From NCBI GenBank assembly GCA_002430735.1, contig DJCV01000003.1:21142-85141 (forward strand): a DNA stretch of 64,000 nucleotides, given 5' to 3'. Below are positions 30,187 to 38,906 of the stretch, in pieces. Within the stretch, counting starts at the first letter, position 1. Each line of letters opens with the position of its first letter. A model generated the notes under the pieces. That model did not search any database and was not told where the DNA came from. It was given only the letters and a program-made list of their open reading frames with translations. This DNA comes from Candidatus Woesebacteria bacterium UBA5941. Its GTDB lineage: Bacteria; Patescibacteriota; Microgenomatia; UBA8517. Made by a program: the position numbers and the translations under genes.

Positions 30187-30570
30187 TTATAAGATTTCTA
30201 CTAAAATCTCTCCACCAACACCCTCTTTTAATGCTTCTTTTGATGTTAAGACTCCCTTTGATGTCGTGAGAATTAATAAGCTTGATTTCTTTCGAGCAAC
30301 GAGTTCTGGAACACTCATATACAAATGGAGTCCAGGTGTTGAAACGAGCTTCAAGTCCATTAACACAGGTTCCTTTTTGCGATATGCGAGTTGCACAACG
30401 ATTGTTCGATCTTCTGGTTTCACTTCAAACTCTCGAACGAGTCCGGCGCGCTTCATTGCGTCGACCACTGCTGCAACGAATTTTGAATTCACCACAACAA
30501 CTGACTTGTGACGAGCAAGTGCTGCGTTTTTAATTCGAATAACTGAGTCTCCTATTGAATAAGTAATCAT
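30187..30570 (-). CDS. rpsH: 30S ribosomal protein S8
   Basis: RIKNA, VSTPG, TSKGVLT, GGEIL. Confidence 0.92.
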   Translation of the reverse strand: MITYSIGDSVIRIKNAALARHKSVVVVNSKFVAAVVDAMKRAGLVREFEVKPEDRTIVVQLAYRKKEPVLMDLKLVSTPGLHLYMSVPELVARKKSSLLILTTSKGVLTSKEALKEGVGGEILVEIL

Positions 30571-30580
30571 ATAAGTGTTT

Positions 30581-30766
30581 TTACCAACTAGCCTTTCTAA
30601 TTCCTGGGATTTCTCCCTTATTTACAAGTTCTCTGAAACAAATTCGGCAAATTCCGAATTTTCGCATATATCCGCGTGGTCTTCCACACAACTTACATCG
30701 GTTGCGGTACTGCACCTTAAACTTTAATTTCTTTGTTTCGCGAATAACTTTACTTGTTTTTGCCAT
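30581..30766 (-). CDS. rpsN: 30S ribosomal protein S14 (zinc-binding type)
   Basis: [22 protein letters not shown]. Confidence 0.95.
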   Translation of the reverse strand: MAKTSKVIRETKKLKFKVQYRNRCKLCGRPRGYMRKFGICRICFRELVNKGEIPGIRKASW

Positions 30767-30778
30767 AGTATTTATTTA

Positions 30779-31345
30779 TTAATTTTCTTCTTTCTCAAAC
30801 GGCATACCTAATAATTCAAGCATTCTTCGTCCCTTTTCTGGGCTTCCTGCGTTTGTGACAACGGTAATTTCAAGACCTCGTACGCGATCTACTTTTGCTA
30901 AATCAATTTCAGGAAACACGGTGTATTCCGCAATTCCCAATGTGTAGTTTCCTCGAGAATCAAATTTAGCTGGAACTCCACGAAAATCGCGGAACCGAGG
31001 GAGAACAACTGAAATCAGTTTGTCTAAGAAAGAAAACATTCTGTCTCCTCGCAGTGTCACAGTTAATCCAACTGGCATACCTTCACGAAGTCCGAATCCA
31101 GCAACTGAAATTCGTGCTTGCTGAACTTTTGGCTTCTGACCAGTCATTGCACTAAAGTCTGAGAGCAACCGAGCATGAATTTCTTTGTTTCGCAATTCTT
31201 GTCCAGTTCCAATGTTTACCACAACTTTATTAATTCGTGGTAATTGGCTTACGTTTGTCAATCCAAATTCCTTCATAAAGGTTTCTGGAAACTCCGTATT
31301 ATACTTAGTTTTTACTGAAATGTGTTTTGTTTGTGAATCGTCCAT
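30779..31345 (-). CDS. rplE: 50S ribosomal protein L5
   Basis: TGQKP, VTLRG, LPRFRDFRG, GNYTLG. Confidence 0.95.
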   Translation of the reverse strand: MDDSQTKHISVKTKYNTEFPETFMKEFGLTNVSQLPRINKVVVNIGTGQELRNKEIHARLLSDFSAMTGQKPKVQQARISVAGFGLREGMPVGLTVTLRGDRMFSFLDKLISVVLPRFRDFRGVPAKFDSRGNYTLGIAEYTVFPEIDLAKVDRVRGLEITVVTNAGSPEKGRRMLELLGMPFEKEEN

Positions 31346-31347
31346 AT

Positions 31348-31668
31348 TTATTTAGTGTCAATTAATTGATTACTTTTAGCTGCAATTCGAACTTTTTTGT
31401 CACCTGAGATCTGGAATTTAACACGAGTTGGCTTTCCAGACTTCGGATCAATAACTGCTAATTTACTTAATGCAATTGGTCTAAAGAGTTCGTAAATACC
31501 ACCTTTTCCATCTCGTGCAACAGATGGCTTCACGTGTTTTTTATACAGACCAACTCCTGGGACATATGCTGTTCCTTTTTTAGGGAACACTACTTCAACC
31601 GTGCCTTCTTTTCCTCGGTCTGCTCCTAAAATAACGCGTACTTTGTCTCCTTTTTTGATTTTTAACAT
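31348..31668 (-). CDS. rplX: 50S ribosomal protein L24
   Basis: KIKKGDKVRVILGADRGKEG. Confidence 0.93.
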   Translation of the reverse strand: MLKIKKGDKVRVILGADRGKEGTVEVVFPKKGTAYVPGVGLYKKHVKPSVARDGKGGIYELFRPIALSKLAVIDPKSGKPTRVKFQISGDKKVRIAAKSNQLIDTK

Positions 31669-31671
31669 ATA

Positions 31672-32037
31672 TTAGAAAACTTCTGGTGCAAGTGATGCAA
31701 TTTTTGTATAACCAGCTTCTTTTACTTCTCGTGCGATTGGTCCTAATACTCGAGTTCCTCGAGGAAGACCTTGTTTATCAATAACCACTCCTGCGTTGTC
31801 GTCAAATCTCAAATACGTTCCATCTTTTCTTCGAATTTCTTTTCTCGTGCGAACAATAACAACGTTCACTTTTTCTCGATCTGCAACTGCTCCATTTGGA
31901 TCAGCACCGTGAACAACTGCTTTCACAACTTGTCCAACAGTGGCCTTTTTCCCAATTTTGTGAGAAATACCGAATACTGCAAATTTCTTTGCTCCTGAAT
32001 TATCTGCTGGCTTTAAAATGGTTCGTAATTGAATCAT
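31672..32037 (-). CDS. rplN: 50S ribosomal protein L14
   Basis: ADNSGAK, RFDDNA, GPIARE, SLAPEV. Confidence 0.95.
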   Translation of the reverse strand: MIQLRTILKPADNSGAKKFAVFGISHKIGKKATVGQVVKAVVHGADPNGAVADREKVNVVIVRTRKEIRRKDGTYLRFDDNAGVVIDKQGLPRGTRVLGPIAREVKEAGYTKIASLAPEVF

Positions 32038-32043
32038 ATGTGT

Positions 32044-32379
32044 TTATTTAGCAGCCTTTTTTGCTGGCTTTGCCTTTACCTCTTTTTTAGCAACTGATTT
32101 CTTTGCAGTCTTTGGTGCTACTACTTCTTTTTTAGATTCAACTTTTGCAGCTTTCGGTGCCTTTTCAACAATTTTCCATTTTTTAGATTTGCTGATTGGT
32201 GCACATGCTACGAAATCAACGATTTCTCCAACTGAATGACCTACTTCATCATGCACTTGGTACTTTTTCACTCGCTTCATTCGTTTCTTGTATAAAGGAT
32301 GCGCAACAAATCGGATGACGGTGACTGTTGCAGTCTTTGCCATCTTTGTGCTGGTTACTGTTCCAGTGATAATTTTCAT
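32044..32379 (-). CDS. rpsQ: 30S ribosomal protein S17 with Lys/Ala-rich tail
   Basis: GTVTSTKMAKT, HPLYKK, PISKSKKW; start 32379. Confidence 0.93.
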   Translation of the reverse strand: MKIITGTVTSTKMAKTATVTVIRFVAHPLYKKRMKRVKKYQVHDEVGHSVGEIVDFVACAPISKSKKWKIVEKAPKAAKVESKKEVVAPKTAKKSVAKKEVKAKPAKKAAK

Positions 32380-32386
32380 ATAGTAA

Positions 32387-32590
32387 TTAGTTTGTTTTTT
32401 GCTTCTCAGTAATAATTGTCTTAATTTGAGCCACATTCTTTTTCAAATGGTGGGCAATTTTAACATTAGTTGGGTTTTCTCCCAATGAAGGCATCTCTGC
32501 CTTTACAATTTCTTTTTTCAATTCCATAACTTTCTCGCTCAATTTTTCAATTGATTCACTTCGTAATGCTTGTAATTCTTTTGTTTTCAT
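32387..32590 (-). CDS. rpmC: 50S ribosomal protein L29
   Basis: MKTKELQ..., KKNVAQIKT; position between rplP and rpsQ. Confidence 0.85.
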   Translation of the reverse strand: MKTKELQALRSESIEKLSEKVMELKKEIVKAEMPSLGENPTNVKIAHHLKKNVAQIKTIITEKQKTN

Positions 32591-32594
32591 ATGT

Positions 32595-33011
32595 TTATAA
32601 TTCGCTTTCTTTTGTAATAAACCGTGTTTTAAATGGCATTTTGTCAGTTGCTCGAGAAAGCGCTACTTTTGCAACTTCTTCAGGAACTCCAGAAATTTCA
32701 TAAATAATCCGGCCTGGTTTAACCACTGCAACATATCGATCAATGTCTCCTTTTCCGCTTCCCATTCGCTGTCCGGCTGCTCGTGCTGTTACTGGTTTAT
32801 CAGGGAACACTCGGATCCAGAGTCGTCCTTTTCGTTTTAAGTTATTTGTAATGGCACGACGTCCTGCTTCAATTTGAGCCGCAGAAAGCCATGCAACACT
32901 CAACGCCTTAATTCCAAACTCTCCAAAAGACAATGTTGCACCTCGGTCTGCGAGTCCTGCTCGTCGACCTCTTTGATCTTTTCGATATTTTCTTCGTGCT
33001 GGTTGTAACAT
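32595..33011 (-). CDS. rplP: 50S ribosomal protein L16
   Basis: [22 protein letters not shown]. Confidence 0.96.
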   Translation of the reverse strand: MLQPARRKYRKDQRGRRAGLADRGATLSFGEFGIKALSVAWLSAAQIEAGRRAITNNLKRKGRLWIRVFPDKPVTARAAGQRMGSGKGDIDRYVAVVKPGRIIYEISGVPEEVAKVALSRATDKMPFKTRFITKESEL

Positions 33012-33014
33012 AGA

Positions 33015-33668
33015 TTAATTTTCTTCTTTCTTGTAAATCCACACTTTTACTCCAACGTATCCTTTTTTCAAAAGAGCCGGGGTTTGTGCGTAATCAATTT
33101 CTTTTCGTAATGTTTGAGATGGAACGGATCCTTGGTGGAACTTTTCAGTTCGTCCAATATCAGCTCCTCCAATTCGACCACTTAATACAACTTTAATTCC
33201 TAAAGCTCCGGCATTCATTGCGCGCTCCATAGCTTTTGTAACAACTCGTCTGTGTGGCATACGTCGCTCTAAGTCTTGAATGATACGCATCAATGTTAAT
33301 TGTGCTGAAACATCAGGATTCTTTACTTCTTTTACCTGGAAATCAATTTTTCCATTCTTTGGTAACTTTCCACGAGATTCTTTCATGATCTCTAAGACAA
33401 ACTTCTTGACGTCTTCAATTCCTGAACCACCGCGTCCGATAACCACTCCTGGTCGAGAAACGTTTAATGTGATTGTCATGCTTTTTGTTAACCGTTCAAT
33501 TTCAACAGATGTGATTCCAGCAACGACGAGTCTTTTCATCAAAGCGCGTCGAATTTTGACGTCTTCCACTAAGTAATCCTTAAATTGCACGTTATTTGCG
33601 AACCAACGAGATTTCCATGGAAGGAAAGATCCGGTTCTAAAGCCAATTGGATTAATTTTTTGTCCCAT
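33015..33668 (-). CDS. rpsC: 30S ribosomal protein S3
   Basis: MGQKINPIGFR, RPGVVIG, GVKVWIY. Confidence 0.96.
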   Translation of the reverse strand: MGQKINPIGFRTGSFLPWKSRWFANNVQFKDYLVEDVKIRRALMKRLVVAGITSVEIERLTKSMTITLNVSRPGVVIGRGGSGIEDVKKFVLEIMKESRGKLPKNGKIDFQVKEVKNPDVSAQLTLMRIIQDLERRMPHRRVVTKAMERAMNAGALGIKVVLSGRIGGADIGRTEKFHQGSVPSQTLRKEIDYAQTPALLKKGYVGVKVWIYKKEEN

Positions 33669-33673
33669 ATATA

Positions 33674-34120
33674 TTACTTTTTAGTTTTTGTACTTACTTT
33701 TTTCACTGCTTTTGGTTTCTCAACTGCAACTACTGGTTCAGTAGCAACTGCCTTTGCATCTCGTCGTGCTTTTTTAACAACAACAACTTCTTTTTCAATA
33801 ACGGATACTCGAATATGGCTCATTCGTTTCTTGATTGGGTGCCATTGTCCGCGTGAAACGGGAATACCTCGCTTTAATGCTGGTCCTTGTGAGATTTGAA
33901 TCTCATGAAAGACGAGCTTTGATTCATCTGCTCCACCTTGTCGTGCATTTGCGATAGCTGTCTTAATAACCTTAAGTAATGGTTCAGCTGCGAATTTTGC
34001 TGAATACGGTAAAATCTCAACTGCATCACTTGGTTTCATTTTTCGCACACTATCTGCAACCAAACGCATTTTGCGTGGTGTCATTCTGACGAACTTTTGT
34101 GTAGCGGTAAACGTATTCAT
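33674..34120 (-). CDS. rplV: 50S ribosomal protein L22 with basic tail
   Basis: RMTPRKMRLVAD, AIANA, KRMSHI. Confidence 0.94.
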   Translation of the reverse strand: MNTFTATQKFVRMTPRKMRLVADSVRKMKPSDAVEILPYSAKFAAEPLLKVIKTAIANARQGGADESKLVFHEIQISQGPALKRGIPVSRGQWHPIKKRMSHIRVSVIEKEVVVVKKARRDAKAVATEPVVAVEKPKAVKKVSTKTKK

Positions 34121-34128
34121 AGTAATTG

Positions 34129-34410
34129 TTATGTCTTATCAGATGTTCGTTTAACAACTTGACCGTGACCTCTAAAGGTTCGGGTAGGAGAGAATTCTCC
34201 CAATCGATGTCCAACCATATCTTCAGTTACATAGACTTCAACGAAAATGCGTCCATTATGGACATTAAAATATCGTCCTACAAAGCTTGGTGGAATCTGA
34301 CATGCGCGTGACCAAGTCTTAATTGCATTGCCTTTTTTACCCATATCAGCTTCTACCTTTTTAACAAGGCGTGGGTCTACATATGGTCCTTTTTTGCTTG
34401 ATCGTGACAT
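34129..34410 (-). CDS. rpsS: 30S ribosomal protein S19
   Basis: [25 protein letters not shown]. Confidence 0.96.
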   Translation of the reverse strand: MSRSSKKGPYVDPRLVKKVEADMGKKGNAIKTWSRACQIPPSFVGRYFNVHNGRIFVEVYVTEDMVGHRLGEFSPTRTFRGHGQVVKRTSDKT

Positions 34411-34417
34411 ATTTTAA

Positions 34418-35170
34418 TTAATGACTATGCTTTCCAGGTTTTCTCTTACTTACAATCATTGTATTGGAATACTTCTTTCTTCGTCGGGTCTTTCCAACTG
34501 CTTTCTTTCCAACATACGTCTTTGGATATTTAAGTCCAACGCTTGATCGTCCTTCTCCTCCTCCGTGAGGGTGAGCTCCAGGGTGCATCGCAACTCCTCG
34601 AACACGAGGTCTTACTCCGAGCCATCGCATACGACCTGCTTTACCAAGCACTCGATGTCTGTGTCCTACATTTCCAACCTGTCCAATAGTAGCCCAACAC
34701 AGTGGATTAAATCGCTTAATTTCTCCTGATGGAAGTTTAATGAGTACAAAGAGGTTCTCTCGTCCCTGTAATACTGCAGCGTTTCCAGCGCTTCGTACAA
34801 TCTGTCCTCCTCGACCAACACGAACTTCAAGGTTGTGAATTAAGGTTCCAACTGGAATCTTACTCAATGGGAGCGCATTCCCTGGTTCAATCGGAGCCAT
34901 TTCAGACGCAATCACTTTTGCTCCAACTACTAATCCTTGAGGCGCTAAAGTATACCTTTTTTCTCCATCTTCGTAAACCAGAAGAGCAATATCTGCTGTT
35001 CGGTTTGGATCGTACTCAATAGATTCCACACGAGCCCAAATATCTCGCTTGTCTCGTCGCCAATCGATAATTCGGAAAAATCGCTTGTGTCGTCCACCCT
35101 GGTGTCGAACAGTAATCTTTCCATTAGATCGGCCGCTGTGTTTTTGTAAAATTTCAAATAAATGGTTCAT
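34418..35170 (-). CDS. rplB: 50S ribosomal protein L2 (short N-terminus)
   Basis: GKITVRHQGG, IEYDPNR, HPHGGGEG. Confidence 0.95.
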   Translation of the reverse strand: MNHLFEILQKHSGRSNGKITVRHQGGRHKRFFRIIDWRRDKRDIWARVESIEYDPNRTADIALLVYEDGEKRYTLAPQGLVVGAKVIASEMAPIEPGNALPLSKIPVGTLIHNLEVRVGRGGQIVRSAGNAAVLQGRENLFVLIKLPSGEIKRFNPLCWATIGQVGNVGHRHRVLGKAGRMRWLGVRPRVRGVAMHPGAHPHGGGEGRSSVGLKYPKTYVGKKAVGKTRRRKKYSNTMIVSKRKPGKHSH

Positions 35171-35173
35171 ATA

Positions 35174-35485
35174 TTACTTTTTAGTTGTTTTTTTTACTTC
35201 TTTCTTTGATGCTTTTTTCTCTTGGGTAAATACACTAATAGTTTGACCTTCCTTCAAAGAAACGATTGCTTTCTTCCAAGATGGGGCAGAAACGCGTGCA
35301 CCTCGCATTGTTCGTCTTGTCTCAGCTTTATAGTTCATCGTTGCCACATCAGTGACTTTAACTGGGAAAATTTCTTCGATTAATGCTCGAATTTGAAACT
35401 TAGACAGTTCACGAGAAACACGGAACGTAAATCGTCCTTGTGCTGCGTGAGCTAATGATTTTTCAGTAAATAATGGTTTTATCAT
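35174..35485 (-). CDS. rplW: 50S ribosomal protein L23
   Basis: PLFTEKS, WKKAIVSL. Confidence 0.93.
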   Translation of the reverse strand: MIKPLFTEKSLAHAAQGRFTFRVSRELSKFQIRALIEEIFPVKVTDVATMNYKAETRRTMRGARVSAPSWKKAIVSLKEGQTISVFTQEKKASKKEVKKTTKK

Positions 35486-36171
35486 GCTGTTTTCTTTTTA
35501 GTAGCTGCTTTTTTAACTGCGGTTACTTTCTTTGTTGGTTTTACGGCTACAACCTTTTCTTTTTTCGCGGTTTTTTCAACCTTTATACCGGATAATACTT
35601 CAGAATCAACGAGTAATACCTGGTTCATTAAAACTGCATATGCGTTTACTTGATCCCAAGAAAGGATAGAGACACCATCAATGTTTCGAAATGCTTTTGC
35701 GAGTGCCCAGTTCTTTGGAGTTAATGCAAGAAGAACGGTCTTCGCTCCAGTCATCTTAATAACAGTTGCAGCTTCTTTTGTTTTCGTAATCCCAGAAAGA
35801 TCAATAAAGTGAACTGCATTTTCAGCAATCTTTAAAGCAATACTTCCACGTCGTGAATGCACTTTTAGTTTTTTAGACAGATAATGAGTTGTCTTAATAC
35901 CCTTTGGTCCGTGTGTTACTCCTCCACCGACAAAGATCGGAGCTCGTGCTGAGCTGTGTCGTGCATTTCCGGTGTGCTTCTGCTTATACATTTTCTTTGT
36001 TGTCAAAGAAACTTCTCCTCGTGTTAAGACCTGCGGAAGACCAGTATGAGCACGTTCTCGGTATACGTGGAATGCTTGAGCTACTAATGCTTTTGGTGTC
36101 TCGGTTGCAAATCCTTCAGGAAGGGTTACTTCAGATGGTTTGGTCGCAGTTAGTGAGTATAGGTGAGCCAT
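35482..36171 (-). CDS. rplD: 50S ribosomal protein L4 with basic tail
   Basis: TRGEV, QKHTGNAR, GGGVTHGP. Confidence 0.93.
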   Translation of the reverse strand: MAHLYSLTATKPSEVTLPEGFATETPKALVAQAFHVYRERAHTGLPQVLTRGEVSLTTKKMYKQKHTGNARHSSARAPIFVGGGVTHGPKGIKTTHYLSKKLKVHSRRGSIALKIAENAVHFIDLSGITKTKEAATVIKMTGAKTVLLALTPKNWALAKAFRNIDGVSILSWDQVNAYAVLMNQVLLVDSEVLSGIKVEKTAKKEKVVAVKPTKKVTAVKKAATKKKTA

Positions 36172-36866
36172 TATTCAGTTCCTCCTTCTTGTGTTGCAGT
36201 AACTTCAGTAGCTGGTGCACCAGTTACTTTATTTTCAGAAATTCGCTTTACAACAATTAAACTCCCTTTGTTTCCAGGGATTGGTCCTCGAACCCACAAT
36301 TCATTTCGTTCTGCGTCGACCGCAACAATTGGGAGATTTTTGACGGTTACTTGTTCAACTCCCATATGTCCTGCCATTCTTTTTCCTTTATACACGCGAC
36401 CTGGTGTTGTTCCTTGTCCAATTGAACCTGGTGCACGATGTCGATCGCTTTGTCCGTGAGTTTTTGGCCCTCCGCGGAATCCATATCGCTTAACGCCTCC
36501 TGCAAATCCTTTTCCTTTTGAAATGCCTGTTACTTGCACCATATCTCCAACAGTGAAAATATCACTCACCTTCACGGTGTCTCCAGCTTTCAATGTTTCT
36601 TCTTCAGTGATTTCAACTTCACGCAAAAAACGAGGCGCTCCTTTTTCAGTTGTAGCGCCTTTCAAGTGACCTTGCATTGCTTTTGTTGTGTTTTTGAGTT
36701 TCTTTGATCCGAAGCCTAATTGGATTGAAGTATAACCGTTGGTATCTTGATCCTTCACCATAGTCACGATACAAGGACCTGCGTTAATAATAGTTACAGG
36801 AGTACGGACGTTTCCTTCAAACGTCTGTGTCATTTTAATTTTGGTTCCGAGTAATGTATTGATCAT
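36171..36866 (-). CDS. rplC: 50S ribosomal protein L3
   Basis: KGKGFAG, HRAPGSIG, KRMAGHMG; start 36866. Confidence 0.96.
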   Translation of the reverse strand: MINTLLGTKIKMTQTFEGNVRTPVTIINAGPCIVTMVKDQDTNGYTSIQLGFGSKKLKNTTKAMQGHLKGATTEKGAPRFLREVEITEEETLKAGDTVKVSDIFTVGDMVQVTGISKGKGFAGGVKRYGFRGGPKTHGQSDRHRAPGSIGQGTTPGRVYKGKRMAGHMGVEQVTVKNLPIVAVDAERNELWVRGPIPGNKGSLIVVKRISENKVTGAPATEVTATQEGGTE

Positions 36867-36991
36867 AATGGCAAAAAAATAAGCGCCCGGAGGCGCCTCC
36901 CTAGGCAACTCCAAACTTTCCTAAAACTCCTGAGCAAGAAACAGCTTCATCAGTTAGGTCGAATTATATCAAAGCAGCGTACCGCATGCAA
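36867..36991 (-). promoter_or_regulatory. rplC promoter and attenuator-like leader
   Basis: TTGCAT-17-TATAAT, ~95-nt leader ending GCGCC-TCCG-GGCGC-TTATTTTTTT just before ATG. Confidence 0.65.
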
Positions 36992-37078
36992 GGTAAGCCT
37001 CAAACTGCATCAGAAAGTGTTGAAATCTGCTCTTTTTTGTCCTATAATTCCATGCTCAGCTAAAAACAGGAGGTTTTC

Positions 37079-37324
37079 ATGTTTCACCACGAAGCTCAAG
37101 AGATTTTGGCCAGTGTCATCTTGCAATACCAGATTGAAGACCCAGAACTGATCAATGAGCTGACCGGGCACGCAGGCGAATTTGTCAGGATTAACGGCAA
37201 CCCGCTCTCTCGCACCGAGGAAGACCACAACCAATGGGAAGCCCGTAAAGTGTCGATGTCACTCGTTGATCCACTCTCGCAGTTTATGCGGGACTTTATG
37301 GAAGAGGTGCTTGACCTGAGGTAG
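37079..37324 (+). CDS. Small acidic orphan protein (81 aa)
   Basis: TTGAAA-17-TATAAT (37020-37048), AGGAGG SD, downstream terminator. Confidence 0.7.
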   Translation: MFHHEAQEILASVILQYQIEDPELINELTGHAGEFVRINGNPLSRTEEDHNQWEARKVSMSLVDPLSQFMRDFMEEVLDLR

Positions 37325-37341
37325 CCTCCACACTGGCAAAT

Positions 37342-37372
37342 AGCGATCGTTTTTATAAACGGTCGCTTTTTT
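37342..37372 (+). terminator. Intrinsic terminator
   Basis: AGCGATCGTTT...AAACGGTCGCT stem then T-run. Confidence 0.75.
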
Positions 37373-37445
37373 CATGCCATAGTATTGTAAAACCACCATT
37401 TATGTCTTATAATACTAATCCAAATAGGCCATAGGAGGAAAATGA

Positions 37446-37643
37446 ATGTTGGGCCTACAGTATCTCGCGGAACAGATTGCAGATGAGACAAAATTGGAAG
37501 GAGCAGCTCTTGCAGATTTTCGAACACTGGTCGGGAAAGTTCTGGAAATGGGACAGAAACCGGAAGAGTGTACCTTCAATGGTACACATCCTGAAGCCCG
37601 TCAAGCGTTCGAAATGCTCACCGCAGAACTTTGTCCATCGTAA
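37446..37643 (+). CDS. Small acidic orphan protein (65 aa)
   Basis: TTGTAA-17-TATAAT (37385-37413), AGGAGG SD, downstream terminator. Confidence 0.7.
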   Translation: MLGLQYLAEQIADETKLEGAALADFRTLVGKVLEMGQKPEECTFNGTHPEARQAFEMLTAELCPS

Positions 37644-37655
37644 TCCTTTTTCCTG

Positions 37656-37684
37656 AAGGTCAATCACACCGATTGGCCTTTTTT
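37656..37684 (+). terminator. Intrinsic terminator
   Basis: AAGGTCAATC-ACACC-GATTGGCCTT then T-run. Confidence 0.7.
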
Positions 37685-38240
37685 ATGGCGTAAGAAGCGC
37701 TAAAAATTCTTTATTCTTTCCACGTTCTCCTAAAATAGGAGATTCCACGAAACCTTCAATGGTTATTCCCAAATCAGTAATATCTTTCTTTGTCTTATCT
37801 AAAACCTCATTCATTTTTTCTTCAATAAGTCTTCCCTTTTGTAAGTATTCCTTCGGTGCTTCATAGTGCGGCTTAATTAGGGCTATAATACGGCCTTTTT
37901 CTTTGAGGTTCTTTACAGCACTCGGAAGAATTAATTTCTGTGGAGTCCATGCAACGTCAATTGTAATAAGATCCATTTTTTCAGGGAGCTCGACATGAAG
38001 GGCATTCGTGCGTTCCATAACAACGACCCTTGGGTCATTTCGTAAGGTCCATGCCAGTTCTCCATAGGCTGTGTCTACTGCATATACTTTTTGCGCACCG
38101 TTTTTAAGAAGACAATCGGTGAATCCGCCAGTTGAACAACCGAAATCAGCACAGATTAAATTAGACACTGAAATCGTAAAGGTATCTAATGCATGCTGCA
38201 ATTTTTCACCCGCACGGGAGGCAAATTGTTTGGTTTCCAT
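37683..38240 (-). CDS. tlyA: TlyA-family rRNA 2'-O-methyltransferase lacking N-terminal S4 domain
   Basis: FASRAGEKL, DFGCSTGGFTDCLL, MERTNA, LIKPHYE, GKNKEFL; start 38240. Confidence 0.85.
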   Translation of the reverse strand: METKQFASRAGEKLQHALDTFTISVSNLICADFGCSTGGFTDCLLKNGAQKVYAVDTAYGELAWTLRNDPRVVVMERTNALHVELPEKMDLITIDVAWTPQKLILPSAVKNLKEKGRIIALIKPHYEAPKEYLQKGRLIEEKMNEVLDKTKKDITDLGITIEGFVESPILGERGKNKEFLALLTP

Positions 38241-38323
38241 TGAGTGATTATATCGCATGTTTGACTATGGGAATTTGCAGTTATACACTGCCCATATCAA
38301 GCAGTAACAGTGAGGATCTCATC

Positions 38324-38521
38324 ATGATTGATGATGTTCAGAGTACAGACGAACAACTGTCGAGTGAAGACAAAAAACTATTGAAAGGGCTTATCGGAAC
38401 ATACGATAACCCAGAAGAGACATTCGAGTTTTTGCGCCTGTATCGTAAAGCGTCTGCTTACATTCGGGATTTGCTTAACCACTACGGCGCCGAATTAGTT
38501 GCAAACGATGGGAATGAGTAA
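38324..38521 (+). CDS. Small acidic orphan protein (65 aa)
   Basis: TTGACT-17-TACACT (38261-38289), GAGG SD, GGTCACC/GGTGATC hairpin downstream. Confidence 0.6.
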   Translation: MIDDVQSTDEQLSSEDKKLLKGLIGTYDNPEETFEFLRLYRKASAYIRDLLNHYGAELVANDGNE

Positions 38522-38561
38522 CAGATTGTATTGTAATGGGGTCACCGACTTGGTGATCTCA

Positions 38562-38870
38562 TTACATCTTTACTTCAATGGAGACTCCAGCAGGAAGATC
38601 TAAATTAGAAAGGGAATCAATAGTTCTCTCAGAAGGATCTAAAATATCTATTAAACGCTTGTGAATAAGCATTTCGTAGTGATCCCGTGCATTTTTATCA
38701 ATGAAAGGACCAGCGTTTACTGCATAAAGGGAGCGTTTCGTAGGAAGTGGGATTGGGCCGACAATTTTAGCACCAGTAGCAATTGCCGCGTCCAAAATCT
38801 TGGCTGCAGCCTCGTCAATGACTCTGTGGTCATAGCTCTTGAGCTTAACTCGAATTCTACCGGTTGGCAT
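38562..38870 (-). CDS. rpsJ: 30S ribosomal protein S10
   Basis: RVKLKSYDH, GPIPLPT, HKRLIDI, LPAGV. Confidence 0.96.
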   Translation of the reverse strand: MPTGRIRVKLKSYDHRVIDEAAAKILDAAIATGAKIVGPIPLPTKRSLYAVNAGPFIDKNARDHYEMLIHKRLIDILDPSERTIDSLSNLDLPAGVSIEVKM

Positions 38871-38906
38871 AATTGTTTCTTAAAGTGCGAGCAGGAGTGA
38901 GTGGTA

